A DNA stretch of 64,000 nt, taken from assembly GCA_029981435.1 (NCBI GenBank), contig JARRBB010000004.1, positions 166-64,165 of the forward strand, in the 5' to 3' direction. This document shows positions 52,658 through 61,990 of this stretch, piece by piece. Below the pieces are notes generated by a model that did not search any database, was not told the DNA's origin, and worked only from the letters and a program-made list of their open reading frames with translations. The stretch's first letter is position 1. Each line of letters begins with the position of its first letter. Origin of the DNA: Thermotogaceae bacterium. Its GTDB lineage: Bacteria > Thermotogota > Thermotogae > B21-G9 > HyVt-16. The position numbers and the translations under genes were made by a program.

Positions 52658-52671
52658 ACAAAAAGAACTCG

Positions 52672-52732
52672 AAACAAAATCTTCCAAGGGTATTATGATA
52701 AATTAACCCCTTGGAAGACACCCCCGCGGTTT
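52672..52732 (-). ncRNA. Candidate ~60-nt small RNA
   Basis: Perfect promoter at 52739-52767, then an 11-bp stem TCTTCCAAGGG/CCCTTGGAAGA + TTTTGTTT; no ORF. Confidence 0.45.
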
Positions 52733-52738
52733 GGCAAG

Positions 52739-52767
52739 ATTATACTCAAAACAAAAAAATTTGTCAA
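52739..52767 (-). promoter_or_regulatory. Consensus sigma70 promoter with no downstream CDS
   Basis: TTGACA (52767-52762)-17 bp-TATAAT (52744-52739). Confidence 0.7.
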
Positions 52768-53152
52768 TTTTTGAGGTATAATTTTTTGTGATATTCTTAT
52801 ATAAAAATGTGGGATTAAGCAAGAATTAATTAAAATAGAAATTTCTTCTTATCCATTCAATTACAGTAATCCAAAAGAAAGTATTCCAAAGCTGGTAAAT
52901 ATTTTTCAGCTCGCATATAAATTGGACTGAACGGCTTTAAATCATTAACAGCCCAGTTTGAATCAGCGGATGACTGTTATATCTACACTATGTTAGAATA
53001 ATAAAGATGCTGAAAGAGCATAGATTCAAAGATTATCTTTTCATACAATTTGAAAGCAAAGTACATTATGGCGAGAGAATACTTGCAAATGTTCAGTTAT
53101 TGAAAAATTATAATTATGATCAGTTAATAAAGTCTCCGAGGAGGTCATTTAA

Positions 53153-54577
53153 GTGGAAATTTACAAACTGACTGTCGAAGAATTACTAACGCTTTTTAGA
53201 GATGGAAAATTGAAAGTTGAAGAAGTGATAAACGTTTTCAAGGAAAGAATAAATAAAATCGATGAAAATGTTAAGGCATTTATTTCTGTGTTAGAACCCG
53301 ATACACCTGAAATTGATGCAAAACTATCAGGTATTCCATACGCTCTAAAAGACAATATCCTTGCTAAGGGAACGAGAACAACTTGTGCTTCGAAAATACT
53401 TGAAAATTATTTTTCAGTCTATGATGCCACTGTCACTAAAAAACTGAAAGATTCCGGTGCTATACTTATTGGAAAAACCAATCTTGATGAATTTGCGATG
53501 GGCTCGAGCACCGAAAACTCGGCATTTTTTACCACACGAAATCCTTGGGATCTTTCGAGAATAGCTGGCGGCAGTAGTGGGGGATCTGCTGCTGCTGTTG
53601 CATGTAGAGAAGTTCCTTTTTCTCTTGGAAGCGATACAGGTGGTTCAGTTAGATTACCTGCGGCTTTCTGCGGTGTGATTGGATTCAAACCATCCTACGG
53701 TCTTGTATCAAGGTATGGTTTGGTTGCTTTTGGTTCCTCACTCGACCAAATAGGACCGATTACGCATTCTGTAAGAGACACTGCTTTAATAACCCAATTA
53801 ATATATGGTAAAGATCCAAATGACTCAACGACAGTTGATATAGAACTTGATTTTCTAAGAGACATAGAAGAAGGAATGCCCGGTATGAAATTCGCTCTTC
53901 CAAAACAATTTTTGGAAGATACTCTGGACGATGAAATCGCAAACGCTCTAAAAAAATTGATAAAAATTCTTGAAAGCAATGGTGGTAAAGTTGAGGAGGT
54001 TGATATACCTTCCTTGAAATATGTTGTAGCAGTTTATTATATAATAGCTCCCGCTGAGGCAAGCTCCAATCTTGCAAGATACGATGGAATAAAATACGGT
54101 TTGCGCAGTAAAAAAGAGGATTTAAATTCGACATACATAAGCACACGTGGTGAAGGCTTTGGAGAAGAAGTCATACGGAGAATAATGCTTGGTACTTTCA
54201 CATTAAGTGCTGCTTATTACGATGCTTACTTCGATAAAGCCCAGAAAGTCAGAACAATCATAAAGAATTCACTTAACGAAATTTTCGAAAAATACGATGC
54301 CATAATCAGTCCAACTTCACCGGTCGTTGCTCCTAAAATAGGTGAAATAAAAGATCCTTTAACGTATTATCTGATGGATTTGTACACAATACCGGCAAAT
54401 TTAGCTGGACTTCCGGCAGTGAGCATTCCAATAGATTTTCAAAATGGTCTTCCGATAGGAATCCAAATAATGGGAAAAAGGTTCGAAGACCCCAAAGTAC
54501 TTAGAATAGCCAGGAGTGTTGAAAAGGCCCTCGATATACTTGATGAAACAGGGCATTTACCAGTTCCGGAATTTTGA
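53153..54577 (+). CDS. gatA: Asp/Glu-tRNA amidotransferase subunit A
   Basis: LKDNI, GKTNLDEFAMGSSTE, GGSSGGSAAAV, GSDTGGSVRLPA. Confidence 0.98.
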   Translation: MEIYKLTVEELLTLFRDGKLKVEEVINVFKERINKIDENVKAFISVLEPDTPEIDAKLSGIPYALKDNILAKGTRTTCASKILENYFSVYDATVTKKLKDSGAILIGKTNLDEFAMGSSTENSAFFTTRNPWDLSRIAGGSSGGSAAAVACREVPFSLGSDTGGSVRLPAAFCGVIGFKPSYGLVSRYGLVAFGSSLDQIGPITHSVRDTALITQLIYGKDPNDSTTVDIELDFLRDIEEGMPGMKFALPKQFLEDTLDDEIANALKKLIKILESNGGKVEEVDIPSLKYVVAVYYIIAPAEASSNLARYDGIKYGLRSKKEDLNSTYISTRGEGFGEEVIRRIMLGTFTLSAAYYDAYFDKAQKVRTIIKNSLNEIFEKYDAIISPTSPVVAPKIGEIKDPLTYYLMDLYTIPANLAGLPAVSIPIDFQNGLPIGIQIMGKRFEDPKVLRIARSVEKALDILDETGHLPVPEF

Positions 54578-54590
54578 TGGAGGTGCTCAA

Positions 54591-56048
54591 ATGATTGAAG
54601 ATAAATACGGTATAACCATAGGTCTGGAAATCCATGCTCAGCTTTTAACTTCTACCAAAATCTTTTGCTCCTGTGATGCGAACGTTTTTGATAGAGAACC
54701 AAACAGTTCGATATGTCCTGTGTGTACTGGCCAACCAGGTGCTCTTCCAGTTTTAAATGAAGAAGTAGTTAGAAAAGCTGTTATGGCTGCTTTGGCCCTG
54801 AATTGTAAAATCAATAGATATTCGCGATTCGATCGAAAAAATTATTTCTATCCAGATTTGCCGAAAGGATACCAAATAACCCAGTATTTCTACCCCATAG
54901 CTGAAAATGGGTATCTAAACATAAAAATAGGTGAAGGCAACAAAAAAATACGTATCAGACGATTGCATATAGAAGAAGATGCAGGTAAAATGTTGCACTC
55001 ATCTGATAACATAACTCAGGCAACTCACAGTCTTGTTGATTTGAATCGCTGTGGGATACCATTGATAGAAATCGTAACCGAACCAGACATCGAATCGCCT
55101 ATTGAAGCAAGACTTTTTATGGAAAAACTGAGAGATATTTTAAGATACATCGATGTGTGTACTGGCGATATGGAAAAGGGAGCTCTTAGATGTGATGCCA
55201 ACATATCGATATACAACAAGGAAACGCTTGAAAGAAGTTCAAGAGTTGAGGTTAAAAACATAAATTCTTTCAGATTTGTTGAAAAAGCTCTTGACTTTGA
55301 AGCCGATAGAATCAAAAAAATGATGGAAAAAGGAGAACGAGTCGAACAGGAAACAAGGGGATGGGATTTTAGCAGTAGAAGCACCGTTTCAATGCGAAGT
55401 AAAGAAGAAGAAAGTGATTATAGGTACTTCCCGGAACCTGATCTCCCACCTTTGATTGTCAGCGAAGACTATATTAACGAATTGAAAGAAAAATTGCCGG
55501 AACTCCCAGATGAAAAAATTCAAAGATTTCAAAGTGAATATAATTTACTTGAATACGACGCGACAGTTCTAAGTTCTTCAAAAAAACTCGCAGATTTCTT
55601 TGAAGACTGTGTGAGACTATACAACAATCCCAAGAGATTAAGCAACATAATAATAAATGATCTTCTTTCTTTATTGAACGAACATAATGTTGAGATTGAT
55701 GGAACTAAAATTAGGCCAGAAGCAATTGTGAAAATAGCCAAGCTAATTGACAGCTCCAAAATTTCGGCAAGTAATGCAAAATCTATTCTTGAAGAAACTT
55801 TCAAGACCGGAAAAGATCCACAGGATATTGTAAAAGAAAAAAGGCTTGAACAAATAGATGATGAGGAATTTCTGAACAAAATCATAGAAAAGGTCATACA
55901 ACAGAATTCGAAAGCTGTTGAGGATTACAGAAAAGGAAAAAAAGGTGTTGTTGGATTTCTAGTTGGCATGGTCATGCGCGAAACACGTGGTAAAGCAAAT
56001 CCAAAGGTCGTTTCTCAGATGATAGAAAGTAAATTGAACGAATCGTAA
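54591..56048 (+). CDS. gatB: Asp/Glu-tRNA amidotransferase subunit B
   Basis: IGLEIHAQL, RKNYFYPDLPKGYQI, EEDAGK, DYRYFPEPDLPP; ATG 54591 after GGAGGTG. Confidence 0.98.
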   Translation: MIEDKYGITIGLEIHAQLLTSTKIFCSCDANVFDREPNSSICPVCTGQPGALPVLNEEVVRKAVMAALALNCKINRYSRFDRKNYFYPDLPKGYQITQYFYPIAENGYLNIKIGEGNKKIRIRRLHIEEDAGKMLHSSDNITQATHSLVDLNRCGIPLIEIVTEPDIESPIEARLFMEKLRDILRYIDVCTGDMEKGALRCDANISIYNKETLERSSRVEVKNINSFRFVEKALDFEADRIKKMMEKGERVEQETRGWDFSSRSTVSMRSKEEESDYRYFPEPDLPPLIVSEDYINELKEKLPELPDEKIQRFQSEYNLLEYDATVLSSSKKLADFFEDCVRLYNNPKRLSNIIINDLLSLLNEHNVEIDGTKIRPEAIVKIAKLIDSSKISASNAKSILEETFKTGKDPQDIVKEKRLEQIDDEEFLNKIIEKVIQQNSKAVEDYRKGKKGVVGFLVGMVMRETRGKANPKVVSQMIESKLNES

Positions 56049-56061
56049 AAGAGGGATTGAA

Positions 56062-57237
56062 ATGGCTGTGATAACATTAAAGCAGAAGTTGAAATCCCGT
56101 ATTTTCAACGGTCATCCTTGGATATATTCGAATGAAGTAGACAGTGTAATTGAAGAACCAAAAGATGGAGAAATAGTAACGGTTCTTAACAGCTCCAGAC
56201 AATTCGTAGGAAAAGGTTTTTACAATTCAAAATCTCAGATCAGGGTTCGTTTGATTACACGTAAAAACGAAACAATAGATGCCGCCTTCTTTGAAATACG
56301 ACTCAAAGAAGCCTTAAAAAGAAGGTTTAATTATACAAAAAGACAGGCATATAGAATATCCCATGCAGAAGCTGACGGATTACCCGGTTTGGTCATAGAC
56401 AAATACGGTGATTATCTTGTTTTTCAAATAAACAGCCTTGGAATGTACAAAAACCTGCCAATCATAATAGATGCAACCACCAAACTTTTGAATCCAAAGG
56501 GAATATTTTTAAAAAATGATTCTCCATCTCTTGAAAAAGAAGGAATGGACAAGATCAAGGAATGGGTATATGGAAATGGACCCGAAATAATTGAATTTCA
56601 AATGGATGGTTTAAAAATGTATGCTGATATTTCTCAGGGACAAAAAACAGGTTTTTTTCTGGACCAGATTGAGAACTCAAAAATGCTCTCGAGTTTTTCT
56701 TACAAAAAAAGGTGTTTGGATGTGTTTTCTTATACCGGGAATTTCGCTCTTCAAATGTTAAAAGGCGGAGCTTTACAAGTTGATCTTGTCGATATATCGA
56801 AAAGAGCCCTCGAAATTTCTGAAAAAATTTTGAGAGAAAACAAATTTGGAAATTTCTTTTTGATAGAATCAAATGCTTTTGATTTTTTAAAAAAGCTTGA
56901 GCGTGGTGGCGAAAAATACGATCTGATCTCACTGGATCCGCCGCCTTTCGCGCGTTCGCGTTCAAGAATATCAAATGCACTGAAAGGCTATAAAGAAATA
57001 AATCTTAGAGCTATGAATTTGTTAAAAAATCCCGGTATCCTGGCTACTTCTTCCTGTTCTCAATCAGTAACACGAGATGAATTTGAAAAGGTCCTTTATT
57101 CAGCTGCTGCGGATACTCGAAAGAGGTTAACAATACTTCATAGAGGCGGTCAGCCAGTAGATCATCCAGTCGTCATGAACATACTGGAAAGCGATTACCT
57201 GAAATTTTACATACTGTTAGTGGAGGATTTAGATTGA
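56062..57237 (+). CDS. Class I SAM-dependent rRNA methyltransferase (RlmI/YccW-like, PUA domain)
   Basis: GHPWIYSNEV, EADGLPGLVIDKY, GQKTGFFLDQ, LDPPPF, SSCS. Confidence 0.9.
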   Translation: MAVITLKQKLKSRIFNGHPWIYSNEVDSVIEEPKDGEIVTVLNSSRQFVGKGFYNSKSQIRVRLITRKNETIDAAFFEIRLKEALKRRFNYTKRQAYRISHAEADGLPGLVIDKYGDYLVFQINSLGMYKNLPIIIDATTKLLNPKGIFLKNDSPSLEKEGMDKIKEWVYGNGPEIIEFQMDGLKMYADISQGQKTGFFLDQIENSKMLSSFSYKKRCLDVFSYTGNFALQMLKGGALQVDLVDISKRALEISEKILRENKFGNFFLIESNAFDFLKKLERGGEKYDLISLDPPPFARSRSRISNALKGYKEINLRAMNLLKNPGILATSSCSQSVTRDEFEKVLYSAAADTRKRLTILHRGGQPVDHPVVMNILESDYLKFYILLVEDLD

Positions 57238-58877
57238 AGGCGTTGATAGTTGATGGTTATGTTGATGAACCTGCCCTTCTTGGAGTTCCACCATATTTAT
57301 CCCCTCATCCGAGATATTGCTTTGGAGTTTTCAGATATTTCAATATAGAAGCAGATTATTTAACAATTGATCAGTTAAGAGAAAAAAATGACTGGCATTT
57401 TCTAAATAATTACGATTACCTGCTGTTAATAGCAGGTATAAGTGTTCCTGGAAGATATCTTGGTGGGACCCCAATAAATTTGTACGAAATAAATAAAATC
57501 TCAAATTTAGCTCATAGACCCGTCAAAATGATCGCAGGTCCAGTAACCAAAGGTTACTCCCTTCACGGAGGTACCAGAGCTATAAGTGCTGATTTTGAAA
57601 AATTCGAGCACGTAATATCAAAAGATCCCGAGATTTATATTTATGAGCTTCTAAGCGGTGAAAAAGTGAAAAGTAGATACGAACTGATAAGAAAAGTAAT
57701 ACCTTTTAGTGGTGAAATTGTAAAGATGCATCCTTATTTTCCTTATGTAATGTGTGAGTTAGAATTATCAAGAGGTTGTGATAAAGATATTGCCTGCACT
57801 TTTTGTACAGAACCTTTATTCTATGGCAGAGTCTCTTCAAGGGAAGTGAGAGATGTTGTAGAAGAAGTGAAGTGTTTGTATGAATCCGGAGCAAGGTACT
57901 TTAGATTTGGAAGGGCTTCTAATATCCTGTCATATGGTTCAAATTCAGAGAAACTCGTTCCAGAACCTTCAAAAATTCATGAACTTTACAGTGGTGTTCG
58001 CGAGGTTGCACCAGAATTGAAGGTACTGCATACAGATAACGCCAACCCGTGGTATCTTGTAAAGCATAAAGATAAATCCATAAAAATTCTTCAAACGATA
58101 GCAGAATACAATACTCCGGGAGATATAGTATCATTTGGTGTTGAGAGCTTTGATAAAACTGTACTCAAACTCAATAAAAACGAAGAAAATCCTGATGCAA
58201 TCATAGAAGCTGTGAAAATCGTGAATCAGATAGGTGGTAGAAGAGTTGATGGTATTCCCAAACTTTTGCCCGGTATTAATCTTCTTTTTGGGCTTCTTGG
58301 TGAAACGCCAGAAACGTACAAAATAAATTTCGATTATTTGAAGAAGATACTTGATATGGGTTTAATGCTTAGAAGAATAAATATAAGAAAAGTCATAGCA
58401 TTTCCTGGAACAAGGTATTATAAAGAAACAGGTGGTAAAATTAAATTGAACAAAAGGTTGTTTGAAAAATTCAAAAATGATGTCAGGGAAAAGATTGATT
58501 TTGAAATGCTTAAACGGGTTTTTCCATTTGGAACTTTACTCAAAGAGGTTATACTTGAAGAGAAGAAAGGTGATGTAAATTTTGGAAGGCAGATAGGTTC
58601 TTATCCAATACTCGTTGGGTTTCGAGGAAACTATCAGAAATTCCAGGTACTGGATGTGGTGGTAGTAGACCATGGTTACAGATCTATAACAGGTGTGATT
58701 TACCCTAAAAGTATTAACGATATCACCTACAAAGAGTTAATGGATATTCCAGGAATAGGTAAAGCAAGAGCGGAACTAATTCTTTTAAATAGACCTTTCA
58801 ATAACTGGGACGATTTAGCGAAAATTTTGAATGACGGTAAGATTCTTAATACCTTGAAAATTGTTCTCACACTTTAA
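57234..58877 (+). CDS. Radical SAM protein with C-terminal TRAM-like and helix-hairpin-helix domains
   Basis: DGYVDEPA.LGVPPYLSP, ELSRGCDKDIACTFC, LHTDNANP, HhH motif LMDIPGIGKARA. Confidence 0.82.
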   Translation: MKALIVDGYVDEPALLGVPPYLSPHPRYCFGVFRYFNIEADYLTIDQLREKNDWHFLNNYDYLLLIAGISVPGRYLGGTPINLYEINKISNLAHRPVKMIAGPVTKGYSLHGGTRAISADFEKFEHVISKDPEIYIYELLSGEKVKSRYELIRKVIPFSGEIVKMHPYFPYVMCELELSRGCDKDIACTFCTEPLFYGRVSSREVRDVVEEVKCLYESGARYFRFGRASNILSYGSNSEKLVPEPSKIHELYSGVREVAPELKVLHTDNANPWYLVKHKDKSIKILQTIAEYNTPGDIVSFGVESFDKTVLKLNKNEENPDAIIEAVKIVNQIGGRRVDGIPKLLPGINLLFGLLGETPETYKINFDYLKKILDMGLMLRRINIRKVIAFPGTRYYKETGGKIKLNKRLFEKFKNDVREKIDFEMLKRVFPFGTLLKEVILEEKKGDVNFGRQIGSYPILVGFRGNYQKFQVLDVVVVDHGYRSITGVIYPKSINDITYKELMDIPGIGKARAELILLNRPFNNWDDLAKILNDGKILNTLKIVLTL

Positions 58878-58899
58878 AATCTACGAGGTGGGAGATAAA

Positions 58900-59682
58900 G
58901 TGTATTTTTTGAAGATGGTTTTAGGAAATCTAAGATTCATAATCGGTTTCATAGCTTACGTTTTTTATGGATACTTTGTGATATTTAGAATGAGAAATAA
59001 AAGAAAAAAATACGGTATTGAAGAAGCTTTGAAATACGTCGCTCCAAAGATTAAGAATTTTTCAATAAGGGCATTCAAATGGACTTTCATAGATGTGGAA
59101 GTTGAAGGTATTGAGAATATACCAAAAGGTTTCAATTTTCTCGTAGTTGCAAATCATCAAAGTTTACTTGATATTCCATTATTACTTGCAACCATAGATC
59201 CCACGCTTGCTTTTATAGCAAAAAAAGAAGTAGGAAAAATTCCAATGATAGGTACTTTTGTGAGGGAAATGGGTGGAGTTCTTCTGGATAGAACAGATAC
59301 TTCTAAAGCTGTTGTTGCATTAATAGAAGTTATGAAAGGATTGAGAGAAGGTAGAAGCTTTGTATTATTCCCTGAGGGAACAAGAAGTGAAGATGGAAAT
59401 CTTAAAGAATTCAGAAAGGGCAGCTTAAAAATTGCACTGAGAACGAAAGTGAAAATTCTACCGGTTGTCATAGATGGTACAATAAAAGTTACACCAAAAG
59501 GAAGTATTTTTATAAGACCTAAAAAAGTAAAGGTTAAAATTCTTGAACCAATTGAACCAGATAAATTTGAAAACGAGGATAATCTTCGAGAATTCCTCAT
59601 GGAAACTTTTAAAAAACAACTAACGTTAATGAGAGGAGGTGCTGTCGTTGAAAAAAGCAAGGATAAAAGCACTTCTCGTTGA
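58900..59682 (+). CDS. plsC: 1-acyl-sn-glycerol-3-phosphate acyltransferase
   Basis: ANHQSLLD, FIAKKE, FPEGTRS; GTG 58900 after a GAGGTGGGAG RBS. Confidence 0.92.
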   Translation: MYFLKMVLGNLRFIIGFIAYVFYGYFVIFRMRNKRKKYGIEEALKYVAPKIKNFSIRAFKWTFIDVEVEGIENIPKGFNFLVVANHQSLLDIPLLLATIDPTLAFIAKKEVGKIPMIGTFVREMGGVLLDRTDTSKAVVALIEVMKGLREGRSFVLFPEGTRSEDGNLKEFRKGSLKIALRTKVKILPVVIDGTIKVTPKGSIFIRPKKVKVKILEPIEPDKFENEDNLREFLMETFKKQLTLMRGGAVVEKSKDKSTSR

Positions 59683-60196
59683 TAAAGAGAACAATTCTCC
59701 TGTCGTCCTGGTTGAGATAGAGGATACTACAAAAGTTATTCCGATATGGATAGGCGCTTTTGAAGCATGGGCAATGGCAATGGCAATTGAAAATGTCGAA
59801 TTTCCAAGACCTCTAACTCATGATCTTTTGATAAGTTGTGTCGAAAACCTGAACGGGAAATTTGACAGAATTGTTATTCATAGCATAAGAGATAACACAT
59901 ACTTTGCTTCGCTTTATGTTATAGACAATTCAGGTAATCAAGTTATAATAGATTCACGACCTTCCGATGCCATAGTTCTTTCATTGAAGAGGGATATTCC
60001 TCTATATGTAACAGAAGAAGTAATTTCAGAGAGCGGTATAGATCTCACTGTTGATATTCCATCAGAAAATGAAGAAGACAGAAGATTCAAGGATTTTGTA
60101 GAAAAGCTTGACATAGAACAATTAAAAGAAATAATGAAACATAAAGAACGGAAAGAAGACGAACCTGATATCAACGATCTGGAGGATGAAGAATGA
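59639..60196 (+). CDS. Bifunctional nuclease / DUF151 family protein
   Basis: IPIWIGAFEA, RPLTHDLL, IDSRPSDAI. Confidence 0.92.
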   Translation: MLSLKKARIKALLVDKENNSPVVLVEIEDTTKVIPIWIGAFEAWAMAMAIENVEFPRPLTHDLLISCVENLNGKFDRIVIHSIRDNTYFASLYVIDNSGNQVIIDSRPSDAIVLSLKRDIPLYVTEEVISESGIDLTVDIPSENEEDRRFKDFVEKLDIEQLKEIMKHKERKEDEPDINDLEDEE

Positions 60197-61098
60197 ACTT
60201 GATCTTTAAAAACATTTTTGGAAAGTTTCTTAAAGGAAAGGCAAATAAAAATTTGAATAAAAAGTTCAAGAATCTGAACTTTCCTGGTATCTCACTACGA
60301 AAAAATTCAAATGAAAATATTGGAGTTGTACAGATTAAATATAACCATCTTGAAAAGACAGAATTTGTAGATTTGATTTATTCTATCACAAGCCAGGCGT
60401 ATGAAAAAAACGCAGGAATACTGTTTTTTCCAGGTGGACTTCAGTATGTTCTTTTTCCAGCACTTAAAGAAAATCCAAGATATGTGAAATATTTTACTGA
60501 AAACCACCTTGAAGATTTTATAAAAATCTTTTCAAAGATGGCAGAAGGCTTTGGTATGAACATTTTCACTGGAGAATTTTATCTGTATGAAAACGATGAG
60601 ATAATGAAATGCGGAATGGTTTTTGACAGTTTTGGAAAGATTTCTTACTTCTATAAAAGACCTATTGAAAAATTAGAATTACCACCTATTTATGGATTCA
60701 ACAATTTTAATTTTGCTTTTTTGACTTTTGAAGAAACTTTGATGTATGAGATGTCCAAACTTTCTGTAATTAAGGGTGCTAATGTACTGGTAAATTGTTC
60801 TATAGGTAATATTTCACCTTACAGATACTGTGAATACAGGGGAATATGGTCGAGATGTCAGCAATTCAAAGTCTTTGGAATAAATGCCACGATGGTTGGA
60901 GAAACTCCTTGGGGTTATTCCGCAATTCCTTCCGGGCTTTACGGCCCCGTAGAATTCTTTAAAGATGGAATCATAGCAACGTCAACAAATCTTTCTGGAA
61001 CAGAAATAGTTGTTGGAAAATTCAGTCTTGAGAGTATAAACTTCTCAGGACTTGAATATGGTAATCTGAACAAACTCATGAAAACTCTGAAATTATGA
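60193..61098 (+). CDS. Carbon-nitrogen hydrolase (nitrilase)-fold protein, apparently catalytically degenerate
   Basis: IGVVQ, AGILFFPG, KGANVLV, WSRCQQFKVFG, TEIVVGKFSL match the fold; triad Glu and Cys not found. Confidence 0.55.
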   Translation: MNLIFKNIFGKFLKGKANKNLNKKFKNLNFPGISLRKNSNENIGVVQIKYNHLEKTEFVDLIYSITSQAYEKNAGILFFPGGLQYVLFPALKENPRYVKYFTENHLEDFIKIFSKMAEGFGMNIFTGEFYLYENDEIMKCGMVFDSFGKISYFYKRPIEKLELPPIYGFNNFNFAFLTFEETLMYEMSKLSVIKGANVLVNCSIGNISPYRYCEYRGIWSRCQQFKVFGINATMVGETPWGYSAIPSGLYGPVEFFKDGIIATSTNLSGTEIVVGKFSLESINFSGLEYGNLNKLMKTLKL

Positions 61099-61973
61099 TG
61101 AGAGGTGCTGAAATGATCAAAAATTTCAAAATAGGGGCACACATGCCTATATCAAAGGGCTTTGGAAAAGTACCTTACGAGACATTAGAAATAGGTGGAA
61201 ATTCCTTTCAGATATTCAATCACAGTCCACGAGTTTGGAGGAGTTCCTTACCAGATATAAAAGAGACGACCAAGTTCAGAAAATCAATGGAAGAATGTAA
61301 AATAAACTTCGACAACGCTTTTGTACATTCAGGTTATCTTGTAAACCTTGCAAGTCCAAAAGAGGAAGTCTGGAATAAATCCATAAAACTGCTAATACAA
61401 GAGATCAAAATATGTGAACTTTTAGGTCTTAAATATTTGAACGTACATCCAGGTAGTCATTTAGGTGAAGGTGAGGAATTTGGTCTGAAAAGAATAGTGG
61501 AAGCTTTAAAACTTGTTTTCAGAGAAACAGAAAGTAGTAACGTGGTAATTCTTCTCGAGAATGTTTCACCAAAAGGTGGCAATATAGGATACAAGTTCGA
61601 ACATCTGAACTATATAATGCACGCTTTTGAAAATAGAATAGCTGTAACATATGATACTTGTCATGGTTTTGATGCTGGATACGATATAACCACAGTATCA
61701 GGAATGAAGAAATTGATCGATGAAATAGAAAATACAGTTAAAATAGAAAACATAAAGATGATTCATCTCAACGACTCAAAATACCCTCTGGGTTCAGCAA
61801 AGGATAGACATGAAAATATTGGAAAAGGCTTCATTGGAATAAGCGGATTCAGGAACTTTCTTTCATTTGAAGAATTCCAGAATATTCCCTTGATTTTAGA
61901 AACACCTGGTTCAAATTCAGAACACGCAGAGGATATAAAAATACTGGAAACAGAAATACTCTGCAAACTTTAA
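61095..61973 (+). CDS. nfo: Endonuclease IV
   Basis: IGAHM, HSGYLVNLAS, VHPGSH, LLEN, DTCH, HLNDSK, DRHENIG, LETP. Confidence 0.96.
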   Translation: MMRGAEMIKNFKIGAHMPISKGFGKVPYETLEIGGNSFQIFNHSPRVWRSSLPDIKETTKFRKSMEECKINFDNAFVHSGYLVNLASPKEEVWNKSIKLLIQEIKICELLGLKYLNVHPGSHLGEGEEFGLKRIVEALKLVFRETESSNVVILLENVSPKGGNIGYKFEHLNYIMHAFENRIAVTYDTCHGFDAGYDITTVSGMKKLIDEIENTVKIENIKMIHLNDSKYPLGSAKDRHENIGKGFIGISGFRNFLSFEEFQNIPLILETPGSNSEHAEDIKILETEILCKL

Positions 61974-61990
61974 AAGCAGGAGAAATAAAC

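Noticed and set aside
52718..52735. T-box-like AACCGCG or tRNA remnant in the sRNA candidate
   Set aside because: Lacks the GGTGG half of the T-box and any T-loop or cloverleaf
57234..58877. This radical SAM protein as the missing LipS2
   Set aside because: No TxGCPxC(N/D)RP motif; length and HhH/TRAM-like tail do not fit
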